A DNA stretch of 64,000 nt from Mayamaea pseudoterrestris. Taxonomy: Eukaryota. Below the pieces are notes generated by a model. That model did no database searches and was not told the DNA's origin. It saw only the letters and a list, made by a program, of their open reading frames with translations. Position numbers and translations under genes: made by a program. Every line of letters begins with the position of its first letter. Within the stretch, counting starts at the first letter, position 1. Shown here one piece after another: positions 10,634-22,762 of the stretch. Location: NCBI GenBank assembly GCA_027923505.1, contig BROI01000002.1, positions 2,046,001 through 2,110,000 of the forward strand, written 5' to 3'.

Positions 10634-13600
10634 CTATATTTCGAAGCCTCTGCTCAATGAACCATCTTCACTGCCGGCACTTGGGGCGTCAAAGTTCCAT
10701 ACGATATCACTATCTTTTACACCAACCTGACCGTCCGACGGAACGTAGTCCACTGCCGGCAATGTGCGAACAGGCTTTACTGTTAGTGAATTGTCTGGGT
10801 CAAAGTTCGGTACCGAGAAAGTGGTGATAGCTGGAGATCCGCATACTTTGGGAGCTAGTTTTGCCTTCACAAAAAGGTTTCCATCAGCGCCGAACGAGCC
10901 ATCTTCGTTGAATTCGTTAATTGAAAATGGATCAAAAGCGCCTTTGGAAATAGTGCCCTGTTTGTTGAAAGCAGCAACCGCTTCTTGCGAGAACGGGTCT
11001 GGCGCGTCAGACTGGTCAAAGAATGGATCACTGAAATCAAGTGCGATAGGTTTCTTGGACTGCGGTGATGTATGGCAAGGTAAACCAGTGATGTCCGAAA
11101 GAAAGGAACCATCGAAAGCAGTTGAATTCTCCATAACAGGTTCAGGGTCCTGATCCTTCCAAGCAACCGTTTCAGGTTGTGCTGTGCTTGACCAAAAACG
11201 AAGAACAGCGGAGTTGTTCATGGTATCCGAAGGCAGCTTAAAATTATCCTGTTGAAAGCGAGCTTCGCTAGGAATGAAAGCAGCGGCGATTTCCACGCCA
11301 TTATCAGCAGCTGCATGCTCTGTCGATAAAGTACCTCGATGCTGCATCTCTGATGAGCTTGTATCGACAATCTCTATAAGCGGATGGCCGTCGCCGTCTT
11401 GATGTGATATGCCGGTCTCAGATTTGCTATGCTTCACGCCTAGACCGCCTTGCCAATTTGCGATTGCTCTAGCTCGTTGGCTGACAGGAACAGTGGAAAA
11501 CGAATCAGGCTCACCGAATATGGCGCTGCTTTGATTTTCATCATCGCATGCGATACCTTTCTGACCTAGGCGTCGCCGAAACTGCTGACGTTGATTACTC
11601 TGGGATGAGGCGTTGGCAAAAAGAGGTTGATGGTTGCGCTCCTCAAGAGTTTTTCCAGCGATCTCTACGCTGAGCAATGCTTCCTGATCTTCGGCGCAGC
11701 TGCCAGATTTTTTAAAGGTGTTGCTCTTATCAAAGTTAGAAGCACTCAATGAATTTTGTAACTTAAAACGCGGAGTGATTTCTTCGCATTTCTTCTCTTC
11801 TTCAAAGTTCAGTGACGAATCTTCATGCTCTCTTAGCTTATCGCGGATCAATGCAAGTCGTGAGGTCAGATCCGTCGACTTTTGGCCCGATTTCGCCTCT
11901 TTAGCCCGCGTTTGCTGTCCTTCTAAAATCTTTTCACGGAGTTGCCGACTTCTCGGCGACATGGTTTCGGCGTCTTCAACCCATGGTTTCTCCGTCGCCA
12001 AAGCTCTCGGCGAAATGGGCTCAACTGGAGAGCTAGTTAACGGATCCAGCTCGTCGAAGGGAACGGTCGAAACAATTTCAAAGCTCTGTTCGACTGATAT
12101 TTTGGAAACAGGAGCCTTGATAGTAGAAGAAACCGATGGTCGCCTAGATGCGAATGATGTATGATTGTGCTCCTTCCTTTGCAATTGATTCTTAACGACC
12201 AGATCACTCGCTGATTCGGATCCATGCAAATGAGTTCCTCTGACGCTTTGGTCTAAATTTTGCTCGTCTTGACTGTCACTAACAGCCGTTTGTTCGACCG
12301 GCAAAACTTGTTGTCGCGGTCCTGATTCGACTACCCTCTCGTCCCCCTTGTAACGAAGAACCCATGACGGTATCATCGCCTCCTTCTTTGGCGGTTCCGA
12401 TTTGGTTCCTCGTTTCCACGTTGATGGCACGGGAGAAGGACTACGATAAGAAGACTGGATCTTTGAAGCTGGAGTTGCGTTCGCACCAGCTGCCGCAGTC
12501 GTGCTTTGCCGGTATCGAGGTGGGTTGCCCGGTACACTTACTCTATCCGTACTGTCCTGCGAAGCAACTGAACTCAGCTTGGAGTGTGGAATTGGTGAAT
12601 GTCGTTCCTGCGAAGCAACTGAACTCAGATTGGAGTGTGGAACTGGCGAATTTCGTTCGCTTCCATAAGACATGTTTTGATGTAAAGTTCTGCCTTTCGG
12701 AAACGTTGGCTTCGTCTCGTTTTTTCCAAACATATCTTTCATGTCGGCGACGGATACTCGGTCCGGTGTTTCGATAACAGCCCGACTCGTCGATGCCATT
12801 GCTTCATTTTGGTCGTCGTCAATCTCCGAAGGGCTCTCACTATCGTTTTGAAAGAAGCTTTTATGTGCTTGAGGTCGTCTGGGAGATCGCTTTGCCTTGC
12901 TCGATGCAGTTGGCATTGCAAAGCGTCCGATCATCGACGAAACGCTCACCCTCTCTGGCAGTTCATCGTCAGCACGATGTTCTGCTTGTTGAGTCGGCCC
13001 TATTGGATTTTCTAAGCTTTCAGATCTTAGTCGAGGCGAAGACTGCGACCTCATTCTTGTGGCAGCCGCCGAGTGCGCAACGCGGTTACCTTCAGTAGCG
13101 GCATCCGAAAGCGAGTTCGATTGACTTGGAGAACCCGAACGTTGCTTGACCCAACTTGGTGTTGACTTTAAATTTGTCTGACGCGGCAAAGGCGATGTCC
13201 GTCCATAACCGGACGAGACTTGGCTTGATCGTCCAGCTGAACTGGAACGCTGGGTCGAAATGCCTGCACCTTGGCTGTGAGATGTAAATGAAGACGAACG
13301 TCCACGCCAGGTAGATCCATGATGCTTTGTTGAATGCTGGGAGGACGCGTCCATCGCTTTTGCTGGGACAATATGCTTTTGCTCGTCACCAAATCGTATC
13401 GACGACGCAGATTGAGAATTTATGTCTAGTGATCGCTGAATCATCCACTTCGCTTTTGCAATTGACCCTTCCGGCGGCGCATGCTGACTTGACGCACCTG
13501 CTTGTACGTTATGCTTGTTTGATGCATTTGGTGTTTCCCGAACCGGCAGCCGATCAAGTTCCAAAGTAATGGAGTCGGGAAATTCGTCCGATCCAATACC

Positions 13601-15664
13601 ACTAAGGGTCTCTTTTTGTAAAGGATAGCGTTCCGACTTGGACGACGTCGATTTCCACGAGCTCGATGGCTCAACCTGCAACCCATTAACTTGCTGTTTG
13701 TGCATGGCGAGCTCTCGTTCTGTTTCGCTTGATGCTGACGTTTCGATAGAACCGACTTGTTTTAAATTAACACCCCAGCGCTTTGCCGAGAAAGACTCGT
13801 TTATAGTCGACTCAACATGAGGCGTTTGACAACCGCTAGTCGACCTTTTTAGCTCAATATCGCTCTCAGTTTTGAACCTCGTTTCGTCTCCCAAAACGTT
13901 GTTACTAGCCTCATCTTGTTGTGTCGCTGTCCCAGCCGCTACCGCCGCTTGAGACTGCAATTCAGCTTCCGCGTGACGCTCCAAGTACCACTTGCGCGAA
14001 TGCACCGGCGAGCGGGGCCTTTCCTCGTTACTTGCAGCCAGTGTTGAACCGCCTTGCGGTTCCGCTGACGATGAGCTTGCCGCTTGCGGTGCATTGTCAC
14101 TCGTCCATTTCGACGCTCGACCGTTTGCTGCGGCTGTAGCTGACATTTTCGTTCCATTCTCTTCATCCAGTATCGGCTGCTGAATCAATTCGGGCATTGA
14201 CAGATTGTGTTTGGTTGACAGTGACGCGCGTCCCGCCGCCGCGGCAAGATGTTTAAACTTGTAGCGGCCAGCCGACACTGCCGCCTTTGGATCGAGCACT
14301 GGCTGCTGACCAGGACTTGGTCTGTGAATACGGTCCTGCAGTGGCGGCGTCAAATCGGGAGGGGGAGACGTCTGCAGCAAGTGGTCGTTGTCGTTCACCA
14401 CATGCTGTTCATCGGGCGACTTGGCCCGCCCGGGACTCTCGTGTCCATGGTTCGCTCGCAATGGTTTCGATGGCGGCGACGGAGACCGTGGTTCCGCCAA
14501 GCGCTGGAGCAGCTGCATGCGCAGCGGCGAAGATGGACGCGCTGCTCCTTCTTGTTGTTGCTGCGAATCATCGGATGAAACGAAACTACGCGGCGCAAAC
14601 TGCGCCGATAGTTGCGCCGCTCCTCCGTAGCGTCGGCGCATTTCAACATGCATATTGTTGTTGATACTGTTGCTCAAGTGCTTGTCGCCCAAGACGACTT
14701 CAATCTTTGGCAATTTTTCGTGATCCAAGTCTTGCTCTGGTAGAGGCGCGTACTTTGGTTTCAATGGTGGCGTTCGATTACTGCTGCTATTCAATGGAAC
14801 GTTTGGCGCTGGAGAGGAGGACGACTGTTCCGGCAAGCGAGGTCTCACTGGCGGAGACGCGCTTCTCGTCGTCGACGATGCTGCATGGCGCGGCGGCGTC
14901 TTGATCGAGTGGTCGACGGCGGCAAGTTTTCCGCTGCGACTCCGCGCCAAGGCCAAGAGTCGAGAGGGAGTCGACGCTCGCTCCGGAGTTGATAATGCGG
15001 GTGTCGTTGTTTCTATAGCAGGAGTAGGAGCAGTAGCAGTCGTCTTTACATTCATAGACGGACTTGCATTCGCAGCTTCATTACCATTGTTCGTCTCCCG
15101 TGGCTTGATGACTCTGGTACGCGAAGCGGCTCTACGTCGCTTTTCCAGAATGGATAAAATCGCCGATGATGTCGTAGTCGTCGTCGCATGCTGCATTGCA
15201 TCTTTGCGCGGCGGCTCCTCAGTTGGAGTAGTAGAAGTCGGTATAGATATCAATCCATGGTAGCTAAGCATGCTATCAATGGCAGCCTGCTGATGGTGCG
15301 TCAATGAAGGTGATGCTGCTTTCTCCGTCGTTGGACTCGCAAGCTGCTTGTGAGCCTTGGCTAGCGCTATTTTCTTATATGAGGATCTGGGAGGTGATGA
15401 ATATTCGTCAGGCCTATCCGGTGTATTGCTTGCGGCTGCTTTTGCTGCTGCTGCATCACTGACGTTGTCGTCGGCACTAGCATCAACATTATTCATAGTG
15501 GTTGCCGCTGCTGCCGCCGATGGTGCACCTCCAGTACCGACGCTGTGAAAGCGACTCCGCTTGGACTGTTTCAAGCGCTCCGAGAGCTTGGCCATGATTA
15601 AACCTGCCTGTTTGTTCCTCGTGTAGTTTATAATTTCAACTAGCCTTGTCTCTTTTTCGTTCAT
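10634..15664 (-). CDS. Large intrinsically disordered Ser/Pro/Ala-rich protein of unknown function (alternative start 15595)
   Basis: Uninterrupted 1676-aa ORF of low-complexity composition, with an internal 17-aa duplication and C-terminal DPF motifs. Confidence 0.8.
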   Translation of the reverse strand: MNEKETRLVEIINYTRNKQAGLIMAKLSERLKQSKRSRFHSVGTGGAPSAAAAATTMNNVDASADDNVSDAAAAKAAASNTPDRPDEYSSPPRSSYKKIALAKAHKQLASPTTEKAASPSLTHHQQAAIDSMLSYHGLISIPTSTTPTEEPPRKDAMQHATTTTTSSAILSILEKRRRAASRTRVIKPRETNNGNEAANASPSMNVKTTATAPTPAIETTTPALSTPERASTPSRLLALARSRSGKLAAVDHSIKTPPRHAASSTTRSASPPVRPRLPEQSSSSPAPNVPLNSSSNRTPPLKPKYAPLPEQDLDHEKLPKIEVVLGDKHLSNSINNNMHVEMRRRYGGAAQLSAQFAPRSFVSSDDSQQQQEGAARPSSPLRMQLLQRLAEPRSPSPPSKPLRANHGHESPGRAKSPDEQHVVNDNDHLLQTSPPPDLTPPLQDRIHRPSPGQQPVLDPKAAVSAGRYKFKHLAAAAGRASLSTKHNLSMPELIQQPILDEENGTKMSATAAANGRASKWTSDNAPQAASSSSAEPQGGSTLAASNEERPRSPVHSRKWYLERHAEAELQSQAAVAAGTATQQDEASNNVLGDETRFKTESDIELKRSTSGCQTPHVESTINESFSAKRWGVNLKQVGSIETSASSETERELAMHKQQVNGLQVEPSSSWKSTSSKSERYPLQKETLSGIGSDEFPDSITLELDRLPVRETPNASNKHNVQAGASSQHAPPEGSIAKAKWMIQRSLDINSQSASSIRFGDEQKHIVPAKAMDASSQHSTKHHGSTWRGRSSSFTSHSQGAGISTQRSSSAGRSSQVSSGYGRTSPLPRQTNLKSTPSWVKQRSGSPSQSNSLSDAATEGNRVAHSAAATRMRSQSSPRLRSESLENPIGPTQQAEHRADDELPERVSVSSMIGRFAMPTASSKAKRSPRRPQAHKSFFQNDSESPSEIDDDQNEAMASTSRAVIETPDRVSVADMKDMFGKNETKPTFPKGRTLHQNMSYGSERNSPVPHSNLSSVASQERHSPIPHSKLSSVASQDSTDRVSVPGNPPRYRQSTTAAAGANATPASKIQSSYRSPSPVPSTWKRGTKSEPPKKEAMIPSWVLRYKGDERVVESGPRQQVLPVEQTAVSDSQDEQNLDQSVRGTHLHGSESASDLVVKNQLQRKEHNHTSFASRRPSVSSTIKAPVSKISVEQSFEIVSTVPFDELDPLTSSPVEPISPRALATEKPWVEDAETMSPRSRQLREKILEGQQTRAKEAKSGQKSTDLTSRLALIRDKLREHEDSSLNFEEEKKCEEITPRFKLQNSLSASNFDKSNTFKKSGSCAEDQEALLSVEIAGKTLEERNHQPLFANASSQSNQRQQFRRRLGQKGIACDDENQSSAIFGEPDSFSTVPVSQRARAIANWQGGLGVKHSKSETGISHQDGDGHPLIEIVDTSSSEMQHRGTLSTEHAAADNGVEIAAAFIPSEARFQQDNFKLPSDTMNNSAVLRFWSSTAQPETVAWKDQDPEPVMENSTAFDGSFLSDITGLPCHTSPQSKKPIALDFSDPFFDQSDAPDPFSQEAVAAFNKQGTISKGAFDPFSINEFNEDGSFGADGNLFVKAKLAPKVCGSPAITTFSVPNFDPDNSLTVKPVRTLPAVDYVPSDGQVGVKDSDIVWNFDAPSAGSEDGSLSRGFEI
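12555..12657. repeat. 51-bp in-frame tandem duplication inside the large ORF
   Basis: TCCTGCGAAGCAACTGAACTCAG at 12555 and 12606; encodes ERNSPVPHSNLSSVASQ / ERHSPIPHSKLSSVASQ. Confidence 0.9.
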
Positions 15665-15978
15665 GGTCGCTCGAGGCCGACCAAAAATCGACGTTCAAAT
15701 TTCGCTCGAACCAGCATGGAGGGACTGCCAATGCCAATGGAAACTATAGCCCTTGACTATTCATGAACATGCTGGCTTGTTCCTGGGATGGCCTTGCGCG
15801 CGCGCGATCCATGAGTCATGACCTGATGACGTGGGAAATTAGTGATGGTGCGACACGGAAAAAGGAAACCGCGTCGTCTCGTCTACCGGTATCAACATCA
15901 CAACATCCATCATCATCCGACGAGAACAATTACACCTCCATAGATAAAGATGAGAAGATAGGTACACTAAACAATACG

Positions 15979-18602
15979 ATGCTCTTTTGGAAGAGTTTAG
16001 TCGTCTGCTTATTGTTACTTGACAATCTCGTTGTGACATCGCTACTGACGCCAACTTGTTTCCATGGTACATCGCACCGTCCATCATACCGACAATCGAC
16101 GAGAAGCACCCTACTGCATTCATTCAAACGAAAGAAAAAGTCTGAACATGGTCAAGAACAAAAGCAATATCCATCAGCTAAACCTAAGCCAATACTCGCA
16201 TCAGAAACGACTGCTAGTATCAATAGCACGACGACTAAAAACTCCTCCGCACTTCAACATTTGACTGACAAAATTCTCAATAATCAACACGTGGACGAGT
16301 CGGATGTCTTTCTCGTACTCACATCGTGGTGCAACACCTGCACCAATCAAGGCGCCGCCATGGTGGAAACGCTCCTGCGCAAGTTGCCGGCGCAGTTGTT
16401 GACGCGTCGGCAATGCACACTGGGCGTGGAAGCCTGGAGCAAGGCGGGTGTCGTCGAAAAGGCGCGCGCGTCACTCGCCTGGATGCAGACCATGTCGGTG
16501 CAGCATGCGCATTTGAAACCAACGCGCATTGCGTACAAGTACTTGCTGGAGGCGCACTTGCGGACTGGCCAGTTGGAGGAAGCAAGCGTGCTACTGCGTG
16601 ACATGGAGGAGAGTGGCGATCCAATGTTGCAGCCGCTGACGCATGACTACAATCTACTGCTCTTTGCGTATGCTCGCAATGGAGCAGCGGCAGAGTCGGA
16701 AACCTTGTTGAAGCACATGGTGGATCAATGCAAACAACTTGATGCAGCGGCGCCGCAGTGTGACTGCCCATGTGCACCCGACGTATACTCGTACTACTTT
16801 TTGCTCGACGCTCACGCTCGATCCAACAATCCTCGGGCTGGTCATCGGGCCATGGAGATTTTGCATCAACTGGAGTCACTAGCTGATGTGGAGGTTAGAG
16901 TTGACGCGAGAATGTATACGGCTGTCATTCACGCGATTGCACGCAACATTCCAAATATAGAAGAGGTGGTGAAACAAGTGGAAACATTGTTCGAGCAGGC
17001 CAAGATCAGGGGCATTGAACCAGACAAGTACTTATATAATGCAGTGCTTGATGTTCACGCCAACAATGACGCGCCTGGGTCAGCGGAAAGGGCGGAAGAA
17101 ATCTTGAGAGAAATTACTGCCGCCGAAGGAGTTGCCTCGGACGTGGCGTACAATACAGTGTTAAAGGCTTGGAAATCGAGTCGACATGTCGAAGCCTGTG
17201 AACGATCTCTGGCGATTCTCCAATACATGGAGGAGCAGCGTTTAGCGTCGACTGTGAGTTACACGACGGTGATTGGCACCTTGGCCAATCTGGGTACCAA
17301 GGCTGCCGCCATGTTCGCGAATGACATTTTGGAAAACATGCAGCGCGAGTTTTTGAACGGCAACATGGAAGTTCAGCCTGACCAGCAAACATACAATTCG
17401 CTTTTGAATGCGTGGGTGAGATGCGGGGAGACGCAACGAGCTGAATTATTACTCCGAACAATGGAGCGAAACGACAATAACGACACTGCAATATGTGCAC
17501 CAAGTGTGATAAGCTACTCGACCGTCATGAGCGGGTAGGTGGATATGTTCATTCGTGTCGTGTCTGGTCATTGTTATATGAGTCGCTCACAAATTATTCT
17601 TTCGTCTAGATGGTCGAAGTCAAATGAGCCATATGCGTGGAAGCGAGCAGAAAACATACTTTCTCGCATGATAGCCAAGTACAAGGCGACTGGAGACGAG
17701 TGTTTGGCGCCCAACGCATTCAGTTATGTCAGTTTGATTAATGCTTACGCCAACAGCAGGGACTCTCGCGCTGCAGCTGAGGCTGATGATACGCTAAAAT
17801 GGATGTATAAAGAGTATAAAGCAGGAAGGACTGATCTCAAGCCACACACAAAGATCGTCACAAGAGTGATTGACGCATACAAGAACTCGGGCCGCGAAGA
17901 TGCAGGCCGACAAGCTGAGGCGCTTCTCGATTGGCTTTTAGAAAAGTATGAATCGACGCAAGATGTAGATTTTGCTCCCACCGGCTACACATTTTCTGCA
18001 GTGGTCGCAGCTTGGAGCAAGTCGCGCCAGTTTGAAAAGGCCATTCGCGTTCGTAGAGTACTTGCGCGAATGGTCGAATTACACGAAGCGGGAACCATTA
18101 CTGCCAAGCCAAACACCGCCCTTTTCACAGCTGTCATCTATACATGCGGGTTTTGCGCCAATGACAGCATAGAAAGGGCTTCTTCACTTCGCGTAGCCAT
18201 TGAAACATACAATGAACTTCGGCAACCGACATTTCCATACGGATCACCCAATAACGTCACATACTTGAGCATGGTGAGTACAAGCGCGTGAAGACCAGTT
18301 GTTCACGTGATCCTGTGCAAGAGATAACTGTACACGTTCATGCTCATGTTCCATTCTATACACAGTTGACAGTGCTAAAAAATCTGCTTCCTTCGGGAAA
18401 GGAGAGGACATCAGCGGCACTCGCTGTGTTCAATACCGCCAAGGAGAGCGGCTTTGTTGACTACAAGGTGATACGGCGGCTGTTTTCGATTGTTTCTCCC
18501 AAGGAGTTGGACGGTCTCATTCCACCAGAGCTGCTCCACGGACGTGCGTCGCTGAAACATATTCCTCTGGATTGGAGCCGAAAGATTCAATTTTCAAAAT
18601 GA
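15979..18602 (+). CDS. Pentatricopeptide repeat (PPR) protein, organelle-targeted, 3 exons (introns 17535-17609, 18274-18365)
   Basis: Repeated PPR motifs (PDVYSYYFLLDAHA, PDKYLYNAVLDVHA, PDQQTYNSLLNAW, PNAFSYVSLINAYA) and a hydrophobic N-terminus MLFWKSLVVCLLLL. Two GT-AG introns join three ORF-track fragments in frame. Confidence 0.9.
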
Positions 18603-18726
18603 GCTATTTATAATGTAGTAATCACTGTATAATAGATATAAAGAAGAGCGTCTACTATTGTACTACGTACTTTGCCAGCTGTAAAAAAGTTGCCTTTCTG
18701 AGGACACCCCAAAAGTACGATTGCAC

Positions 18727-21178
18727 TTACGCCAAATAATTGTAAATGCTTGAGTTGTCAGCGCTTCGCTCAAGATACTCGCGGTCAATCAACGCTTCAA
18801 TACGCTTTTTTACAACACGCGGCTCTGGATTGAAGAACGATAGCTGCGCCAAGACCTCCGAGATGAGCTGCTGGTGCTGAAGAGTCTTTCGCGCCTTCAT
18901 GATACGCACAATAGACGCCTCGATGGCAGCAGAACGATCTTCCTCAACCTTTTTGGTAAAAGACGTTGAGTCTAGCGATGCCATTGGAATGCGGATTTTG
19001 CGCAAGTTTGCACTGAATTTCGGGTTCGCGCAGAACGAATCAGTCACGTTGATCTTATTGCTGGCTGGCGTCTTGGTGATTACTCGGAACTTTCCACAGC
19101 TCAAGGAATGCATTAAAGGCTTCATAATCTCGTCTTCCAAGTTCAGACGCTGCGACAATTCTTCAAAAGAAAGGGTCTGTCCACCGCTGAGTGCGTCCAA
19201 AGCGATTGCTTGTAGTGTCGTCACTTGGAGGTCATACGTCTTCTTTCCAACCGTTGCCCGCACTGTTGCACTTCCCTGCGTCAAGACCCACGTCAACTTG
19301 CGTTTTTGATGCTTTTGGTCGTGCCACTCCTTGAAGATATTCATGCATTTTGTCATCTCCTCCGTGAGAGTAACTTCAGGACTCTTATACGATGGCCAGA
19401 ATCCGGTCGTCAAAACTTGGACCGTGAAGTCAATCTTGGAGTTCACCTGCCTCATGCGCTGCTCAAACTCTTGCCGCTGCTGACTACCAACCGCCAGGTC
19501 GGCCAACATTCCCTCCATTTTCGAGGTAAATTGGGTTCCGCACTGCACCTTGAGCTTCGCAATCATTAACTTCTCCGAGTCGTCGCTCGTAGAGCGCTGA
19601 TTCAACAATCGCTTTGCCAACTGGTTGCGGTATATCTCGGCGAACAAATCCTTGTCGGCCAGGTAGGAAAAGAGCTGGACAATTCGGTCAAGATTCTCTT
19701 CGACCTCCGACTCGCCAAGCTTCTCGCCACCACTCTTTAAAATGCGATCACAATATGTCGACATGAGCTCTGCGTTCGTGTACAAGCCAACATTCTTATT
19801 CATGACCTCGACGAACGCATCCTTTAAAGCCTTTTGAAACAATGCATGACCAGCAAAATCCTTCTTGACGACACCCATATACTTTTCGTGCAGCTCAATC
19901 ATTGACTTGATAAACTTGGGGTCGTCATTCTTGTCCTTCTCGCCGCCGTCAATTAGGCGAGCCTCGCGGCGAGATATGACATCTTCGCCCATGTCAGTAA
20001 TAACGTCTTTGAAGATTTGCGCAATCGGATCCAATCCATTCTCCAAACGCGAAAAGAGGCGAAACATGCGCTGCAAATCCTCCGACTTGTCATTCTGCAA
20101 GAGAGCTCGGCAACCAGACGATTCCTTTTCCAGCAAATCCGCCTCCACCCTTTCCAGCAATTCTTCTTCCACTACGCGCAAAAGCTTAGATTCCGTACTC
20201 GAGTTCAAGTAAGCGTTGACGCGCTCAATTTCCTCCTCCAAAGCTACCTCGGCCTTGATGAGATATTCTGGCGTCGACGAGTTGATCCAATCTTCCCGCT
20301 TCTTTTGGTAAAACTCGCGCGTATTCAGCAGCAAGGGATCCTCAACGTCGGCAACATAAGCTTCAAGCGTTCCCATTCCCATGTTTTCGTACAGCTCAAT
20401 AATATTTTTGATCAGCGTCTTGTCAACAATCTTGCCGTCGCGCTCATCATTAATAAGACCAAGAACCGCCGTTGTTGTCTCATTCTTCATGCCTTCGTAA
20501 ACATGAGTGCGAAAGCTGCGCAAACCAGCCTGCGCCAAGGTTGGAAGCGAATGATGCTTGACATAGTAGCGATCCAAATAAGTGAAAAACTTTTTGAGCC
20601 ATTTGTTCATAATCTGATGATTGATCCATCGCTGCTGGAGCTCCTGCAGCAAGACTGGACCGCCCTGGCCAATCTTGTCGCGGAGGCCTGGAAGAACCGT
20701 ATCCGTCAGGTATCGTTCAATGGTTTCGCCGTGACGCTGGTAAAGTTCGCGCGACCAATTGAAGGGAGATCGCTGCGTGCACATGTCATAGCAAGTGCTG
20801 TAAAGACAAAAAATTGTGAGAGATTGATGAGTACAGAAATTCAACAAAAGTATGGCCGCTATCGAACATCGCATGAGGAAACGTACGTGTAAATCGCAAC
20901 GTATTCTTTCGGACCGAACATGCTCGCGTTACCAGCCTTGAGACCTCCATTTAGCATATCTTCAAGCTTGTCAATGGCCTAATATATCATCAAAACAATG
21001 AGTAAGCCGAGCTGTTATGCGCAGCGTAAATTTAATGCAAAAAGATTTGCCGTCAACCACGACCGACAGCGGGCGGACGACGGCGTTCCATCGACCAACT
21101 CACCTTCTTTTTGATCTCATCGTTCCATCCCTCCTCCAATGGAATAATGCGCTGCGCTTGCTGATTGTTATTCGCCAT
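18727..21178 (-). CDS. CUL1: Cullin-1 (SCF scaffold), 3 exons (21178-21104, 20978-20887, 20797-18727)
   Basis: N-terminal IIPLEEGW, YDMCTQR, FFTYLDRYYV, cullin homology KDLFAEIYRNQLAKRLL, neddylation site IEASIVRIMKARK, and C-terminal KKRIEALIDREYLER. Confidence 0.95.
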
Positions 21179-21564
21179 GCTTTATGATAAATGAGTAATA
21201 GAGGATGCGCAACGACAAGCTTTCCCAGAGCAGCTGCGGCGAGCGCAAGCTTCGTTTTGTGTGAAGGAAACGCCGCGAGGGTCTCAGCGCAAGTGACATA
21301 GCGTTCGGGCTTTTAGCAATTTAGCTAGCCTTGAGTCACCAGATTCGAACGTCGACACTGCTAGTAGACGATAGACAGAGTGAAGTATACATGTACTGTG
21401 TTATATACTGTGGTAAGTAGCAACGTTATCAACTAATAGCTTTTGAATAGCATCCGTCATGACAAACAGAGATGCAGCAAAGAAGCACTACATACTTCTT
21501 CAGCTTTCTGCAAATGCGATATTTGCCAGGATTCTTTTGCATATATGCACACATTATTTCAACC

Positions 21565-22383
21565 TCACAAATTGCAGGTGCCACAAAGCTGTCGGCAGAT
21601 GGCTCTTGCTCGGCCACCCGCATCATTGCGACACAAGCGAGCGGCATGGCCCGGATGTTCTGCCAACCACTCGCAGTTTTGGTTTCCAAAGTCATCGTTT
21701 ACAAAGACTCGTTGATTTGGACGGTTGCTGCAAGCATAGGAGGTTGGTGGTTGTTGCGTCGAGGACGGCACTGTCGTGACCATTGTAGATGAAGGAGCAG
21801 TAACTGCGGTCGGTAATAACATTGTAGGCCCAGCAGTAGGCGACGGTGAGGCAGGTAAAGCATTCGGACTGCCCGACGGCGCGTTGGTGTTTGTTAGCAT
21901 GATGCTTTTAGTTGGACTAGTATTATCAAATGCAATGGCTGGAGCACTTGTGGGCATCGGAGCGGAAGGAAGCACTTGCGTCGCATTCTCTGCAGGATCC
22001 GAAGAAGCGGAAAGTTCCGCATCTCTTTGAGTAAATACGATTGCTGCAAAGATACCAAGTCCGATGATTGCGCAAACCAAAAATGTGACTGTTATGTAGC
22101 CGAAGTACCGTTTCCGACGACCTGTTTCCACAGGAGGCGATGCTTCTTCACTTGGCACTTTAACTTCATCATTCTCATTAGCAACCCTTGCCTCATTATC
22201 GTTGGCAAACAGTATCTCCTGCTCTCTTGTCGTGGTCGACGCTTTCTGTTTTGGCAGCAAGTAGTCCGGAAGGACAGCATCTGCAAGCTCGGCCTTCTCC
22301 GATTCAGTAAGGATATTTTCCTCGTCTTCTGCAATGGATTGTTCATTTACATGTTGCTCGACTCGTGTGGCATCACTACTCAT
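21565..22383 (-). CDS. Type II membrane protein with Pro/Thr/Ser stalk and C-terminal ShKT-like six-Cys domain
   Basis: Acidic N-terminus, RRKR followed by one hydrophobic helix, PTS-rich stalk, and six Cys ending in C-x3-C-x2-C (CRQLCGTC). Confidence 0.7.
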   Translation of the reverse strand: MSSDATRVEQHVNEQSIAEDEENILTESEKAELADAVLPDYLLPKQKASTTTREQEILFANDNEARVANENDEVKVPSEEASPPVETGRRKRYFGYITVTFLVCAIIGLGIFAAIVFTQRDAELSASSDPAENATQVLPSAPMPTSAPAIAFDNTSPTKSIMLTNTNAPSGSPNALPASPSPTAGPTMLLPTAVTAPSSTMVTTVPSSTQQPPTSYACSNRPNQRVFVNDDFGNQNCEWLAEHPGHAARLCRNDAGGRARAICRQLCGTCNL

Positions 22384-22762
22384 TGTAGTTGACTGTTACA
22401 CCTGTCAACGCTTTTTCGCATCCGCAAGTGGCTCCATTTTGTGATGATGGGATCGATTGTTGTCGAGTTGGCATCCATGATCCATGGCCGCTTCGGAATT
22501 TGGACCAGTCGAAATGACCCGATGACCCACAATGACCCATTTTGTGACGTGCGATTAGACGTGCACGACCTGCGAAGAATCCTTGACCACTTTCTAATAC
22601 TACGGTAGGTAGTAGTTAGTGTTTGTCTACTTTCTATTTAAACAAGGAAAAGTGACGTAATGCTTTATATAAAATGCGTGCTACTTGTCGCGGCGAGAAA
22701 ACAAGTGCGCAATCGCTCGACGATCGACGATGCTTGATGCTTGATGCTTGCCAACTGAGCAT

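Noticed and set aside
20017..20892. Long antisense ORFs (291 aa here; also 56082-57068 and 41757-42380)
   Set aside because: They shadow conserved genes on the opposite strand and have no recognisable features.
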